Assembly (NCBI GenBank): GCA_965203805.1
Contig: OZ241917.1
Span: forward strand, 3,584,001-3,648,000
Origin: Candidatus Latescibacterota bacterium
GTDB taxonomy: Bacteria > Latescibacterota > UBA2968 > GCA-2709665
Direction of reading: 5' to 3'
DNA: 64,000 nucleotides
In this document: positions 47,422 to 60,223 of the stretch, piece by piece
How the letters are laid out: the number at the start of each line of letters is the position of its first letter
Position numbering within the stretch: position 1 is the first letter of the stretch
Position numbers and translations under genes: made by a program
The notes under the pieces: generated by a model
The model's input: only the letters and a program-made list of their open reading frames with translations
Told to the model about the DNA's origin: nothing
Databases searched by the model: none

Positions 47422-49908
47422 TTATTTCGAGTCTCCGTTCGGACCGGAATCCGGCGGAAGGCCCTCCGATCCGTCCCCGTTATTCTGGGAAACCACGCGG
47501 GCAACGTCCATCACCTCGTCGTCCTCGTCGAGATTGATGAGACGCACGCCCTGTGTATTCCTGCCGATCGAACTGATTTCACCGATCGGCTGCCGGATCA
47601 GAATGCCGTTCAGGGTCACGATTATCAGTTCATCTTCATCCACCACGCCTCTCACAGCCACCACCTTGCCGTTGCGCTCGGAGGTCCTGATATTGATCAC
47701 CCCCTTGCCGCCGCGGCGAGTCAGCCTGTAATCCGAGACCCCTGTCCGTTTGCCGTATCCCTTTGCCGAGACCGTCAGCAGGGTGCTTTCGGCGTCCTGA
47801 ACCACCACCATGCACACCACTTCGTCGCCTTCGTCAAGGGAGATGCCCCGCACTCCCCGGGTCCCCCGGCCCATGTCGCGCACTTCCTGTTCGTGAAACC
47901 GGACGGCCTGGCCATTTCGGGTTGCCAGCACAATTTCCTGTGACCCGCTGGTAACTTCGGCGCCGATCAACCGGTCGTCATCCATGATGTTCATCGCTAT
48001 GATACCGCCGCGCCGCGGCCGGCTGTACGCGGGCAGGACCGTCTTTTTGACCAGCCCGTTTCGCGTCACTTTCATCAGATATCGCCCGTCTTCAAATGCC
48101 TTTACAGGGACGATCGCGGCCACCTTGTGACTCTCGCCGATCTCGATCAGGTTGACCACCGGCCGCCCGCGCGAAACACGCCCGCCTTCGGGAATTTCGT
48201 GGACCTTCAACCAGTGGCAGTGACCCCTATCCGTCAGAAACAGAATGTAGCTGTGGGTGGACGCGATGAACAGATGCTCCACGAAATCCTCTTTCTTGGT
48301 CCGCATACCCGTCACCCCTCGCCCGCCCCTGCGCTGTTGCCGATAGGCGTCCACCGGAATTCGTTTGATATATCCCTGGTGGGAAATGGTGATGACCATA
48401 TCCTCGTCGGCGATCAGGTCTTCGATGTTGAATTCCGATGCCGATAAAACGATGTCGGTCCGTCGGTCATCTCCGTACTTCGCCTCGACCTCCAGCAGTT
48501 CCGACCTTACAAGCTCCATCCGCTCCGGCCTGCTGTTCAGAATCGACTTGAGCCGTTCGATCTCTTTGACCAGGGCTTCGTACTCCTCTTCGATCTTCCT
48601 GTGTTCGAGTCCCGTCAGCCGCTGTATGGTCATCGTCAGAACCGCCTGCGCCTGTCTTTCGGACAGGGAAAGCCGTTCCATCAGGATCGTCCGGGCGGAT
48701 TCCGGATCCTCGGCTCTCCGGACGATTTGAATCACCTCTTCAATCGCATCCAGCGCAATTCGCAATCCTTCCAGGATATGCGCGCGGTCTTCGGCGACCT
48801 GAAGCTCGTAGGAGGTCCGCCTCACCACCACGGCGTGCCGGTGATCGATATAGTGTTGAAGCAGCTGTTTCAGGTTCAGTTGCCTGGGCTGCCTGTCGAC
48901 CAGTGCGATCATATTGGCGCCGAACGTGCTTTCCAGCTGGGTATGTCTGTAGAGCTGGTTCAGGACCACCTCGCTGTAGGCATCCTGTTTCAGCTCCACC
49001 ACCACCCGCATCCCCTTGCGGTCGGACTCATCCCGGATATTCGAAATCCCTTCGATGCGCTTCTCCCGAACCAGATCGGCCATCTTCTCCAGCAACGCGG
49101 CCTTGGCGACCATATAGGGGATTTCGGTAATGACGATGTTTTCGCGTCCGTTCTTCAAGGACTCCACCGTGGCGGTCGCCCGCACCCGGATCAGCCCCCG
49201 GCCGGTACGGTAGGCGTCCAGCACGCCGCTCATCCCGTAAATCACACCGCCGGTGGGAAAGTCAGGACACTTAATGTATTCCATGAGATCCATGACATCC
49301 AGGTCGGGGTTGTCGATCAGCGCCACCAGACCGGCGACCACTTCGCGAAGGTTGTGCGGGGGAATCGCCGTGGCCATGGTCACGGCAATACCAACGGCTC
49401 CGTTGCAGAGCATATTCGGAAAGCGGGAGGGCAGGACGGCGGGTTCCTCGAGCCGTTCGTCGTAATTCGGGTGGAAATCCACCGTATCCTTGTCGAGATC
49501 CTGTAACATCTCGCTGCCCGCGCCGGCCATTCTCGCCTCGGTATACCGCATCGCCGCGGGGGGATATCCGTCAATTGAGCCGAAATTGCCCTGTCCGTCA
49601 ACGAGCGGATAGCGCAGCTTGAAGTCCTGCGCCAGATTGACCAGCGTCGGGTAGACGATTTCCTCGCCGTGAGGATGGTAGTTGCCGGATGTATGCCCGG
49701 CAATGTTGGCGCACTTCCTGTGCTGCCTGGCGGGACCCAGGCCCAGGTCGTTCATGGCGATGAGGATGCGCCGTTGCGAGGGCTTAAGCCCGTCGCGCAC
49801 ATCCGGCAACGCACGATTCACCAGCGTGCTCATGGAATAGTCCAGCATGGACTTCTTCAGTTCGTCGCCGATGTCCATCGGGACAATCCGCTGCCGCTCG
49901 CTCATCAT
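47422..49908 (-). CDS. gyrA: DNA gyrase subunit A
   Basis: [24 protein letters not shown], GyrA box QRRGGRG, beta-pinwheel repeats. Confidence 0.98.
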   Translation of the reverse strand: MMSERQRIVPMDIGDELKKSMLDYSMSTLVNRALPDVRDGLKPSQRRILIAMNDLGLGPARQHRKCANIAGHTSGNYHPHGEEIVYPTLVNLAQDFKLRYPLVDGQGNFGSIDGYPPAAMRYTEARMAGAGSEMLQDLDKDTVDFHPNYDERLEEPAVLPSRFPNMLCNGAVGIAVTMATAIPPHNLREVVAGLVALIDNPDLDVMDLMEYIKCPDFPTGGVIYGMSGVLDAYRTGRGLIRVRATATVESLKNGRENIVITEIPYMVAKAALLEKMADLVREKRIEGISNIRDESDRKGMRVVVELKQDAYSEVVLNQLYRHTQLESTFGANMIALVDRQPRQLNLKQLLQHYIDHRHAVVVRRTSYELQVAEDRAHILEGLRIALDAIEEVIQIVRRAEDPESARTILMERLSLSERQAQAVLTMTIQRLTGLEHRKIEEEYEALVKEIERLKSILNSRPERMELVRSELLEVEAKYGDDRRTDIVLSASEFNIEDLIADEDMVITISHQGYIKRIPVDAYRQQRRGGRGVTGMRTKKEDFVEHLFIASTHSYILFLTDRGHCHWLKVHEIPEGGRVSRGRPVVNLIEIGESHKVAAIVPVKAFEDGRYLMKVTRNGLVKKTVLPAYSRPRRGGIIAMNIMDDDRLIGAEVTSGSQEIVLATRNGQAVRFHEQEVRDMGRGTRGVRGISLDEGDEVVCMVVVQDAESTLLTVSAKGYGKRTGVSDYRLTRRGGKGVINIRTSERNGKVVAVRGVVDEDELIIVTLNGILIRQPIGEISSIGRNTQGVRLINLDEDDEVMDVARVVSQNNGDGSEGLPPDSGPNGDSK

Positions 49909-49979
49909 GCTCCGTATCTCCCGTGTTTGTCAGTTAACCGCCCGATCCTGCGAGGCGGCAGGACAGGCTGGATACGCCA

Positions 49980-51944
<1,965 letters not shown>

Positions 51945-52044
51945 TCAACTCCTTGTTCGGATCGTTGTGTATCCCGGCTGTTACAGACAAACCGTTACCG
52001 CTGCGGGTTCGTGGCGGTACCGCGTATGCCGCCGCGGCCGCCGT

Positions 52045-52392
52045 TCATCTGCCGAAGCGAATCGAGGTTACGACGTCGCGTCCCAGGGCATCGTTTAACT
52101 TTGCCTGTATCCGAAGACGTTCCAATAACAACAGGTGGCGCATCGCGTCGTGCCTGATCCAGATGACAAGCTCGCCCCGGTGAATCTCGGCCGGACGCGC
52201 CATTGCATCCGGCAGACCGGTGATTTCGTCGATCACCTCCGGCAACAGCATCAGCGCACGCTGCTCCATGAGCTTGGCGTCGATGCCGAGGCCCCGTATG
52301 GCGGCCCTCAGGGCCTCTCCCAGGGCAACGGCGCCTGCGCCAGTGCGACCGGACAGACGCGGCCGGCTTCCGGTTTCCTTGACGTGTCGCAA
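52045..52392 (-). CDS. DUF721/DciA-family protein
   Basis: Syntenic position between recF and gyrB; LGEAL..AIRGLG...GELVI.....A.RH.L......I..KLN..LG...VTSIRF pattern. Start uncertain. Confidence 0.75.
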   Translation of the reverse strand: MRHVKETGSRPRLSGRTGAGAVALGEALRAAIRGLGIDAKLMEQRALMLLPEVIDEITGLPDAMARPAEIHRGELVIWIRHDAMRHLLLLERLRIQAKLNDALGRDVVTSIRFGR

Positions 52393-52419
52393 TTCTCACT
52401 CCCGGCTGCGCCATCCCGA

Positions 52420-53502
52420 TTACAGCGACAACAGTTGGAATCCCCGGTCCTTGAAATTCACATCCGGTTCGCGCGCGGACGTTATGAGGACCTGCCCGAA
52501 CGACGCGACAAGATCGATGGCCGCCTCTGCCCTGTGTTGATCCAGTTCCGCGAAAATGTCGTCCATCAGCAGCACCGGCGGACGGCCGGTGTGCGACGCA
52601 AGAAAGACTGCTTCGGCGAGTTTCCAGGACAGCAGAATGCTCTTGTGCTGGCCTTTCGAGGCAAACTTGTGCGCGCTTCGGCCATCCAGGGTGAAAACCA
52701 GATTGTCCCTGTGCGGGCCGACCAGCGTATAACCCAGACCCGCTTCGTCTACCCGCCGACGCTTGAGTTCCGCCTCCAGTATCTCCTGACCGCGTTCTCG
52801 TTCGTCGGCCTTTACGGGACTTCGGTAGACGGATGCGATCTGCTCTTTGCTGCGCGAAATCTGTCGGTAATACGCATCGATTGTGGGCCGCATCGCGTCC
52901 AGCGCGTCCATCCTGGCTCGAATTATCCGCGCGCCGAGTTCCGCCAGCTGTACGTCCCATGGGGCCAGCTGCCGTACATCCAGCGCATACTCCCGACCTT
53001 CTTTCAGCAACCGGTTCCTCTGAGCCAGCACACGTCGGTACTGATCCAGATCGGACAGATAGGAGGTCTGGCACTGAGAAACAAGGATGTCCAGGAGACG
53101 ACGGCGCTGGGGGGGATCCCGCAAGACAAGGTCTACATCTTCCGGGAAGAACAGAACTGCGTTAAAGGTGCCGATCAGGCTCGAAAGTCGGGGGAGTGGG
53201 GATGCATCCAGAAGCGCTCTTTTTTTGCCGACGCGCCGGTCGAAGGCGATTCGAATCGATCTCGTGCGGTCTTCGAAGGCAAACGACGCATCGATGCTGA
53301 AGTATTCCGTCCCCCACCGAACGACGTCCCTGTCTCTCGACCCGCGCCCGGACCGGGCTATGGCAAGGAAATATATGGCTTCCAGCAGATTCGACTTGCC
53401 CGCGCCGTTTTCCGCGCAAACCGCGGTCTTCCGGCCCGGAAACTCAAAATCGGCGGCATCGAAATTTCGATAGTTGACAAGCTTGAGCGCCGTAAGGTAC
53501 AA
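52420..53502 (-). CDS. recF: DNA replication/repair protein RecF
   Basis: NYRNF, ENGAGKSNLLEAI, QRNRLLK, GPHRD, SKGQ, LMDDIFAELD. Confidence 0.96.
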   Translation of the reverse strand: MYLTALKLVNYRNFDAADFEFPGRKTAVCAENGAGKSNLLEAIYFLAIARSGRGSRDRDVVRWGTEYFSIDASFAFEDRTRSIRIAFDRRVGKKRALLDASPLPRLSSLIGTFNAVLFFPEDVDLVLRDPPQRRRLLDILVSQCQTSYLSDLDQYRRVLAQRNRLLKEGREYALDVRQLAPWDVQLAELGARIIRARMDALDAMRPTIDAYYRQISRSKEQIASVYRSPVKADERERGQEILEAELKRRRVDEAGLGYTLVGPHRDNLVFTLDGRSAHKFASKGQHKSILLSWKLAEAVFLASHTGRPPVLLMDDIFAELDQHRAEAAIDLVASFGQVLITSAREPDVNFKDRGFQLLSL

Positions 53503-53515
53503 AACCTGTTGCCCA

Positions 53516-54715
53516 TCAGTCGTTTATCCGAAGCGGCATCAGCAGACACAGGTAGTCTTCGCCCTCCGGCTGCTCCGCCGGACGAATGATCCCCGCAGCC
53601 ATAGGACCGTCCAGTTCGAACAATACTTCCTCCGAGTCGATACGTCTGAGAATATCCAGGAGATAGTTCGAATTGTAGCCGACCACCATTTCGTCGCCGC
53701 CGTATTCGGCTTCGAGCTCCTCGCGGGCCTCGCCGCCGATTTCCTGGCTCGAGGCCGAGAGTACGACGCGGTTGTCGTTCATTTCCAGGCGAACCTGGTG
53801 GGTCTGTGCGCTTGAAAGAATGGAAACCCGTCGGACAGCCGGCATAAATTGGCCGTTGGCCACCTTCATTGTTGTGCCGTTGTCCTGTGGGATTACCTGC
53901 TCGTAGTCGACATAGGGGCCCTCCACCAGGCGGGAAAACAGGCGGATGGAACCGCGGGCGCTTGTTTCGGCGCCGTTGGCCGCCTGCAGATCGAACACCA
54001 GGTGGTTCTGACCGAACTGCACGCGGCCCAGGCTGCTGCCGCCGGAAGCGAGCTTGACCACGTGGTTCAGCGCCCGGGTAGGAACGATGGCCTCCGTTGA
54101 GACGTCATGGTCCTCCGACCGGGAATGTGTCCTGGAGTATCTGACCAGTCTTGCTCCGTCCGTAGCGACCATCGTCATCCGGCCGCCGCCAACCTTCCAG
54201 AACACGCCGTTCAGGACGGGCCTGGTCTCATCTCTGGACACGGCGAATGTCGTCTTCAGAATCATCTCCCGCATCATCCGGCCCTCGCCGCCGCCTTCAG
54301 TGGACTCGTCCCCGGACTCGAAGACCATCTCGGGACCGTCGACTTCCGCGGGCAACTCGGGAAAGTCTTCCGCAGGCGCCGCCATAAGCGCATACGTTCC
54401 TTCCAGACCCGACTCGCACCGGATTGTCACCCGCCCTGAATCTTCGGTCAGAACAACGGGGCCTTCGGGCAGTTCCCGCACGATCTCGGCGAATTTCCGG
54501 GCCGGGACCGTGGTTGACCCGGGCGCCTCCACCGTGCCGGTAAGCATACAGTTGATGGAAATATCGAGATCGGTGGCGGTCAGACACACTTCCCCGCTCT
54601 CGTTGGTTCCGACGAGTATATTCGACAGCACTGGCAAGGCTGTCTTCGACGGTACGATATCCAGCACCGAATTGATGCCCCAGATGAGCAGATCCTGCTC
54701 GATAACCACCTTCAT
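53516..54715 (-). CDS. dnaN: DNA polymerase III beta sliding clamp
   Basis: LPVLSNIL, ATDLDI, ETRPVLNG, VATDG.RL, SRLVEG.Y.DY..VIP, GYNSNYLLD, LLMPLR. Confidence 0.96.
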   Translation of the reverse strand: MKVVIEQDLLIWGINSVLDIVPSKTALPVLSNILVGTNESGEVCLTATDLDISINCMLTGTVEAPGSTTVPARKFAEIVRELPEGPVVLTEDSGRVTIRCESGLEGTYALMAAPAEDFPELPAEVDGPEMVFESGDESTEGGGEGRMMREMILKTTFAVSRDETRPVLNGVFWKVGGGRMTMVATDGARLVRYSRTHSRSEDHDVSTEAIVPTRALNHVVKLASGGSSLGRVQFGQNHLVFDLQAANGAETSARGSIRLFSRLVEGPYVDYEQVIPQDNGTTMKVANGQFMPAVRRVSILSSAQTHQVRLEMNDNRVVLSASSQEIGGEAREELEAEYGGDEMVVGYNSNYLLDILRRIDSEEVLFELDGPMAAGIIRPAEQPEGEDYLCLLMPLRIND

Positions 54716-54832
54716 TTCACTGTCTCCCGGGAACACGTGTTTCAACGACGTCGTTCCACCAGATTCCGGTTGAAATTTCGGGATCGTATTCGTCAAAAAA
54801 GCGGCCTGTTCGGCCGTTGTAGACCATGACGT

Positions 54833-54861
54833 AATATACTGATTTTTATCGAATTTGTCAA
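54833..54861 (-). promoter_or_regulatory. Sigma70 promoter of dnaN
   Basis: Minus strand TTGACA-N17-TATATT. Confidence 0.7.
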
Positions 54862-55339
54862 CGGCTATTGTCTCGTTCCCGGTCCTGCGGGAGACCCCTC
54901 CGGAAGCGCCGTTTACGGGTTCCCGGAAACGGCGGATTCAACGGCCTCGATCACACCTTCTCCGCACCACGAAGAGCGACCGGTGTTTTCGACAATTATC
55001 GGAAGCGCTCACGGTCGCCTCGACATCGAATTCCCCCGGCTCGGACGCTCGCGACGGGCGTGTTTCGGACGCGGATGACATCCAACGCCTAACCTTGATT
55101 CGTCATTATGCGAGGACGTTAATTCGAATACGTGAAAGTGAATAAAGGTGATTTAACTCCTGATTTCCATGATCCTTCAGGTCACTGGTCGCAAACGGAA
55201 GAAATGTCCTTCCGGACGACCCTTTCGGCCCGTTTCGGAAGGATTCGTCGCAGTGACCCGTGGCAGTTTTTGTCGAATGAAGGCTAATGTCCGCGATATC
55301 CGTGATCCTGCCCGCGGGCGGCGGGATCTCTCAACATTC

Positions 55340-55720
55340 CCAATTGTGAACAACTTCTGCCCGATTCACCGCCGATTTCGTGCGAATTACGCTGATAAAA
55401 TACTATTTATATGACAGATGTGACGGCCTTCGGTGCTTGAGTTCCGGATAGGCGGCTTTGTGGATTATTTTCCGGAAAATATGTGGATAAAGATTGGCGT
55501 GCGTTATCCTGCCCGGGCAAGGGTGAATAAGCCTTCGGTTACACACAGGTTTTCCAGAGCAAAACGACAATTCCAGGCTACCGTTTTCGCTTCCGGTTAG
55601 CGGGCAACTGCCGTTTTTCCACCTTTCCACCGGGCTTATTGTTATTGTTTTTTAATTAATCATTCCTGAAGAAATGCATAATAAATAATGCCGGGGGCAC
55701 TTCCTGTGGATAAGTTCCAT
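55340..55720. other. oriC: Chromosomal replication origin (oriC) between dnaA and dnaN
   Basis: Perfect DnaA boxes TGTGGATAA at 55482 and 55705; near-matches at 55345, 55459, 55522, 55539, 55615 and 55623; AT-rich unwinding element at 55636-55690. Confidence 0.88.
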
Positions 55721-55840
55721 ACGTCAATATAAACGACCGATTCAAGAAGTTGAACCGGTCGTCCCGCGGTAAAACACATTGACAGGAGTCGTATTCAGCC
55801 GGCCTTGTCTGACTTCACGGAAACACCGCCGAAGAAGGGT

Positions 55841-57250
55841 TCAGGCCGACGAGACCTGCTGGACCGTGTTCTGGATGCGGCTCACAAGAGCCTCGAAATC
55901 GGGGTCGGCAGAAAGCCTGGTGGCGATATTTTTGCAGGCATGAATAACCGTTGTATGATCACGATTTCCGAATTCAGTGCCGATTGACTTGAGGGGCGCT
56001 TCCGTAAGCCGTCTGCAAAGGTACATACAGATGTGCCGAGCCGTGGCGATATCCTGCTTCCGGGTGGAACCGGTCAGCATGGTCACGGGGATATTAAAGA
56101 AGCCAGCCGTACCCTTCTGGATCTCCTCGATGCTGATTGCGGGTGACGTGATGGCACTGGCGCGGCCAAGACTCTTTATGGTATGCCTGGCGATATCGAG
56201 GGAAACTGGAGCGCTTTTATATACCGAAAAAGTAATGAGATGGGTCACGGCGCCTTCCAGTTCCCGGATATTCGAATCTACCTGTTCGGCCATGAAACGA
56301 GCGACATCGGGGGGTATCCTGACGCCGTGGTTTCCCGCCTTCTGATTGACAATTGCCATTCGGGTTTCCAGGTCCGGTCGGTCGATATCCGAAACAAGAC
56401 CCCACTGAAACCTAGAAATCAGCCTGTCTTCAAATCCTTTCAGGGTTGACGGCGGCCGGTCGGAGCTCAGGACGATCTGTTTGTTGAGTTGATACAATGC
56501 GTTGAAGGTGTGAATGAGCTGGCGCTGGCAGGCTTCGGTCGTTGCGTGGAACTGAATATCGTCGATGAGAAGAATGTCGGCGTTTCGATAAATTTCGGTA
56601 AATGCGGATGAATCCCTTTTTTGGATGGCTTTCAAATAGTCGGTAAAGAACCTTTCGCCCGTCGTATACACAACGCGCCTGGCCGTGTTGTTGCGAACGC
56701 AATGGTCGGCGACTGCCTGGAGCAAATGCGTTTTCCCGAGGCCCACGCCGCTATAGATGAACAGCGGGTTATAGGATGTCGCGCCGGGCGACTCCGCGAC
56801 GGCTTTCGCCGCGGTGTATGAGAACTGATTGCTCTCACCGACAACGAAATTTTCAAACCGATATCTGGGATTCAGCGGAAAAACGGCTTCGGATACAACG
56901 GCTGGAACGGGGTCTTCTCCGTTTGGCCGGGGATTCGGCGGAGGCGGGGAATCGTCGGCCAGGGTGAAGTCGGGTGGCGACCCCGATGCAGACCGGACGT
57001 CTTTCTTGATGGCAAACCGAATTTCCGGCGTCCAGGAAGTGATTTCTTCTATTACAGACTTGATTAAATCGAGCCAATGCTCTTCAAGCCAGTCTCCGAA
57101 AAAGGAAGTTGGCACCTCAATAGTCGCGAACTCCGCGTCCAGTCGTGGTGACAACGTCTCGGCGAACCATGTACTGTAGGCATCCGCCTCGATTTTCCCC
57201 TCGATTTTCCGCAGACACCTGCCCCAGAGGACGGAAGGATTTTCAACCAT
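55841..57250 (-). CDS. dnaA: Chromosomal replication initiator DnaA
   Basis: LNPRYRFENFVVG.SN, YNPLFIY.GVGLGKTHL, LLIDDIQF, RLISRF.WGL, NIRELEGA, RDHTTVIHA. Confidence 0.98.
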   Translation of the reverse strand: MVENPSVLWGRCLRKIEGKIEADAYSTWFAETLSPRLDAEFATIEVPTSFFGDWLEEHWLDLIKSVIEEITSWTPEIRFAIKKDVRSASGSPPDFTLADDSPPPPNPRPNGEDPVPAVVSEAVFPLNPRYRFENFVVGESNQFSYTAAKAVAESPGATSYNPLFIYSGVGLGKTHLLQAVADHCVRNNTARRVVYTTGERFFTDYLKAIQKRDSSAFTEIYRNADILLIDDIQFHATTEACQRQLIHTFNALYQLNKQIVLSSDRPPSTLKGFEDRLISRFQWGLVSDIDRPDLETRMAIVNQKAGNHGVRIPPDVARFMAEQVDSNIRELEGAVTHLITFSVYKSAPVSLDIARHTIKSLGRASAITSPAISIEEIQKGTAGFFNIPVTMLTGSTRKQDIATARHICMYLCRRLTEAPLKSIGTEFGNRDHTTVIHACKNIATRLSADPDFEALVSRIQNTVQQVSSA

Positions 57251-57734
57251 AAAGACAAAACCACCCATACATTAGCGAGGGACATGCGCCGTCGCTAAGC
57301 TCTATTTACAATACAAAAGAGAGTTGGCGGGGAAGAATGCCGACGCCCAGCCAGAAGCCAGAAGATCATCTATGGAGGGAGTATTGCAGAAGATATTCTG
57401 GGGGGATGGAATTCACGGCAGAGAAAGAGGTGAATTCCTTGCAAACGGACAATACGAAGGCCTGCCGGTTGCAGACAGGTCTCTTGGAAAAAGAGGGAAT
57501 AATAAAAGTAATGATCAAGATGCAGGGGAGTCGCCGAAGGAACTGGCTCGGCAAAAATGACGGCGCCAAACTAAAGAAGAGATCTGCAAAAGTCAAGCCC
57601 TTTCTGGAAGAAAAATCTCTTTATTTTTCGACAATCATCTTCCGACATCGATATACCAGATAATGTATATTTGATCCAATAAACACACCATGTAGTAGAG
57701 ATTTTCGTGATCTCATGGAGACCTATGAAATCCC

Positions 57735-57763
57735 TTGACAAAGATTCCTTCCCCATCTATATT
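57735..57763 (+). promoter_or_regulatory. Sigma70 promoter of the rpmH operon
   Basis: TTGACA-N17-TATATT. Confidence 0.7.
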
Positions 57764-57830
57764 CATAAGTTGCTACAATTCATTTAGATACAACAACGGC
57801 TGTTCTCTGCGCAACGCACGGACAAGGGTA

Positions 57831-57965
57831 ATGAAGCGGACGTTCCAGCCCAGCAACCGGAAACGAAAAAACAAGCACGGCTTTCGCCACCGCATGCGAA
57901 CCCCGGGCGGGCGTCAGATATTCTCCAGGCGCCGGCGCAAGGGCCGCGTACGGATCTCGCTCTAA
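57831..57965 (+). CDS. rpmH: 50S ribosomal protein L34
   Basis: [39 protein letters not shown]. Confidence 0.97.
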   Translation: MKRTFQPSNRKRKNKHGFRHRMRTPGGRQIFSRRRRKGRVRISL

Positions 57966-57969
57966 AACG

Positions 57970-58329
57970 ATGAGGCCGGGCGCCGGATTGCGGAGCGAGG
58001 TTCACAATCTCCGGCGGACCGGATCGTTGTTCAGGGGTCGCTGGTTGCATGTCCGTGCAGGCAATTCCTCAGAAGATCGCATTATCATCTCCGTGCGCAA
58101 GCGGTTTGGCAAGGCCGTCGCGCGAAATCGCGCACGGCGGCGAATTCGCGCCATCTGCAGGGAAATGGCTCCGCACCGCGGCACGGGTCATCTGGTCATC
58201 ATATCCGTTGGCGACGGATCGGCCGCTGCAGGGTTCCGGGATCTGCGCAGAGACTTGATCGCTGCGTTTGGTAAACTGGGTCTTCTCCACGGGTCGGCCA
58301 TCCCGCCGATGGGATTGCGTCCTCGTTGA
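57970..58329 (+). CDS. rnpA: Ribonuclease P protein component
   Basis: ISVRKRFGKAVARNRARRRIR (RNR motif); position after rpmH. Confidence 0.9.
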   Translation: MRPGAGLRSEVHNLRRTGSLFRGRWLHVRAGNSSEDRIIISVRKRFGKAVARNRARRRIRAICREMAPHRGTGHLVIISVGDGSAAAGFRDLRRDLIAAFGKLGLLHGSAIPPMGLRPR

Positions 58330-58513
58330 ATCGCCCTCCGCTTTTTCTTCGGATGCGTGTTGCCCCCCGTACCATGCCCCCGTCAGTGTTCTGATCCGGT
58401 AACAGATTGCCGAAATCCGGTCGATGAGTCGCCCGGCTGCGATAGCGGGGCACTTCCACGGGCTCACGTTCCTGTCTGAAACTTGCAGATCCGCGACATC
58501 ACAGGTCTGACGA

Positions 58514-60211
58514 ATGGACAAGCGTACAATTCTCGCCTTTATCCTGATCGGTCTGATCATCATTCTCTATCCCCATTACATGGAGTGGATCATGGGCGAT
58601 CCGCCACCGGTCCCACCCCCGGAACGGATCCCCTCCGAAAGGCTTGGAACGCCGCCTTCCCCACCGCCGGAATCACCCGTCCGACAACGCGAGATCCGGC
58701 AACCCGAGATCGCGCGGGAGGCCTCCGGCGACATCTCGTCCGGACAGCGGCGCGGCCGGATCTCTCCGGGAGAATTCATTCCGCAAGACGTCGTTGTAGA
58801 GACCGATCTCTTTACCGCCACGTTCAGTACGCGGGGCGGGGTGTTAACCCGGCTTCGGCTGAAGGCGTATGAACATCCGGACGGCGGGGAACTGGATCTG
58901 ATCGCACCCGGGAGCGCCGCGCTGGGCCTCTCTCTGGCCGGCGAATCGCTGGATGCATACGAGTTTTCCACGGACACGCCACGGCTCACGCTGGTCGGAG
59001 CGGAGCAGGCCGAGTTGATCTTCAGGGGTCAGCTGGGAACGCGCACGATTGAAAAGCGGGTCCGGTTTCAGGGCAACCGGTACCGGGCGGATTTGGCAGT
59101 GGCCGTTTCCAGATTGGATCCGCAGGAGAAGCTGGGCGTGGCATGGTCGGGCAGTCTGGCCGATACGGAGAACAACCCTGAAGAGAACGCATTCTATATG
59201 TCGGTTGTCACACGCGCGGGCGGCGAAGTCGAGACCTGGGACGTGGAGGACCTCGGACCCGACGGCGACCCCCCGCCCGGCGGCCGAATCTCGTGGGTCG
59301 GGATACGGAACAAATATTTCCTGGTTGCGCTGATTCCGCCGGAAGGCAGCTATGGCCTGAACCTCGGCGGCGAACCGCGCGATTTCGCCGAATGGTACGA
59401 CGTCGAAATCCAGGCAAAGGACGTCGATCCGGGGCAACGGTACGGTGTATATTTCGGTCCGATCTCCTACGATCGGCTCCGGCAGCAGAATCAGGATCTT
59501 TCGGGCAATTACCGGGAATTGGAGATGGAGGAGTTCATGGAGTATGGCTTCGCCATATTCCGGCCGATCATCAAGCCCATCACCAATCTGAATCTCCGTG
59601 CGTTCCTGGCGCTTCATCCGCTGATCCCGAACTACGGCCTGGTGATCATCGTATTCTCCGTTCTGATCAAAATCGTGGTGTTTCCACTGACGCACAAGAG
59701 TCTCGAGGCTGCCGCGAAGATGCAGCAGTTTCAGCCCAGGATCGCCGCGCTGCGCGAGAAGTACCCGGACGACCAGCAAAAAGTCCAGCGGGAGATGATG
59801 AAGCTCTACAAGGAGGAGGGGGTGAACCCGCTGGGCGGCTGCCTTCCGATGGTCGTCCAGATGCCCATCCTCTTTTCGCTCTTCAATGTCTTCCGCGGCG
59901 CGATCGAACTCCGGCAGTCCGAGTTCGTGTTCTGGATTACGGACCTTTCCCAGCCGGACCGGCTGTTCTTCGGGGGATTTGAAATCCACCTCCTGCCGCT
60001 GCTGATGGCGGTCTCCACGTTCGTGCAGTCGAAAATGACCATGAAAGATCCCAAGCAGGCGTTCATGGTCTATATTATGCCCGTTTTCATGATCTGGATA
60101 TTCTGGAGCATGTCCTCCGGCCTGGTGCTTTACTGGACGATGTTCAACGTACTCACCATTTTGCAGCAGCAAGTCATGGAACGCGTGAAACGCGTGCTGG
60201 GCACGCGCTGA
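58514..60211 (+). CDS. yidC: Membrane protein insertase YidC
   Basis: MDKRTILAF, KYF, PNYGLVII, LYKEEGVNPLGGCLP..VQMPI, WITDLS.PD, GLVLYW. Confidence 0.97.
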   Translation: MDKRTILAFILIGLIIILYPHYMEWIMGDPPPVPPPERIPSERLGTPPSPPPESPVRQREIRQPEIAREASGDISSGQRRGRISPGEFIPQDVVVETDLFTATFSTRGGVLTRLRLKAYEHPDGGELDLIAPGSAALGLSLAGESLDAYEFSTDTPRLTLVGAEQAELIFRGQLGTRTIEKRVRFQGNRYRADLAVAVSRLDPQEKLGVAWSGSLADTENNPEENAFYMSVVTRAGGEVETWDVEDLGPDGDPPPGGRISWVGIRNKYFLVALIPPEGSYGLNLGGEPRDFAEWYDVEIQAKDVDPGQRYGVYFGPISYDRLRQQNQDLSGNYRELEMEEFMEYGFAIFRPIIKPITNLNLRAFLALHPLIPNYGLVIIVFSVLIKIVVFPLTHKSLEAAAKMQQFQPRIAALREKYPDDQQKVQREMMKLYKEEGVNPLGGCLPMVVQMPILFSLFNVFRGAIELRQSEFVFWITDLSQPDRLFFGGFEIHLLPLLMAVSTFVQSKMTMKDPKQAFMVYIMPVFMIWIFWSMSSGLVLYWTMFNVLTILQQQVMERVKRVLGTR

Positions 60212-60223
60212 GGATTTGTCCCG

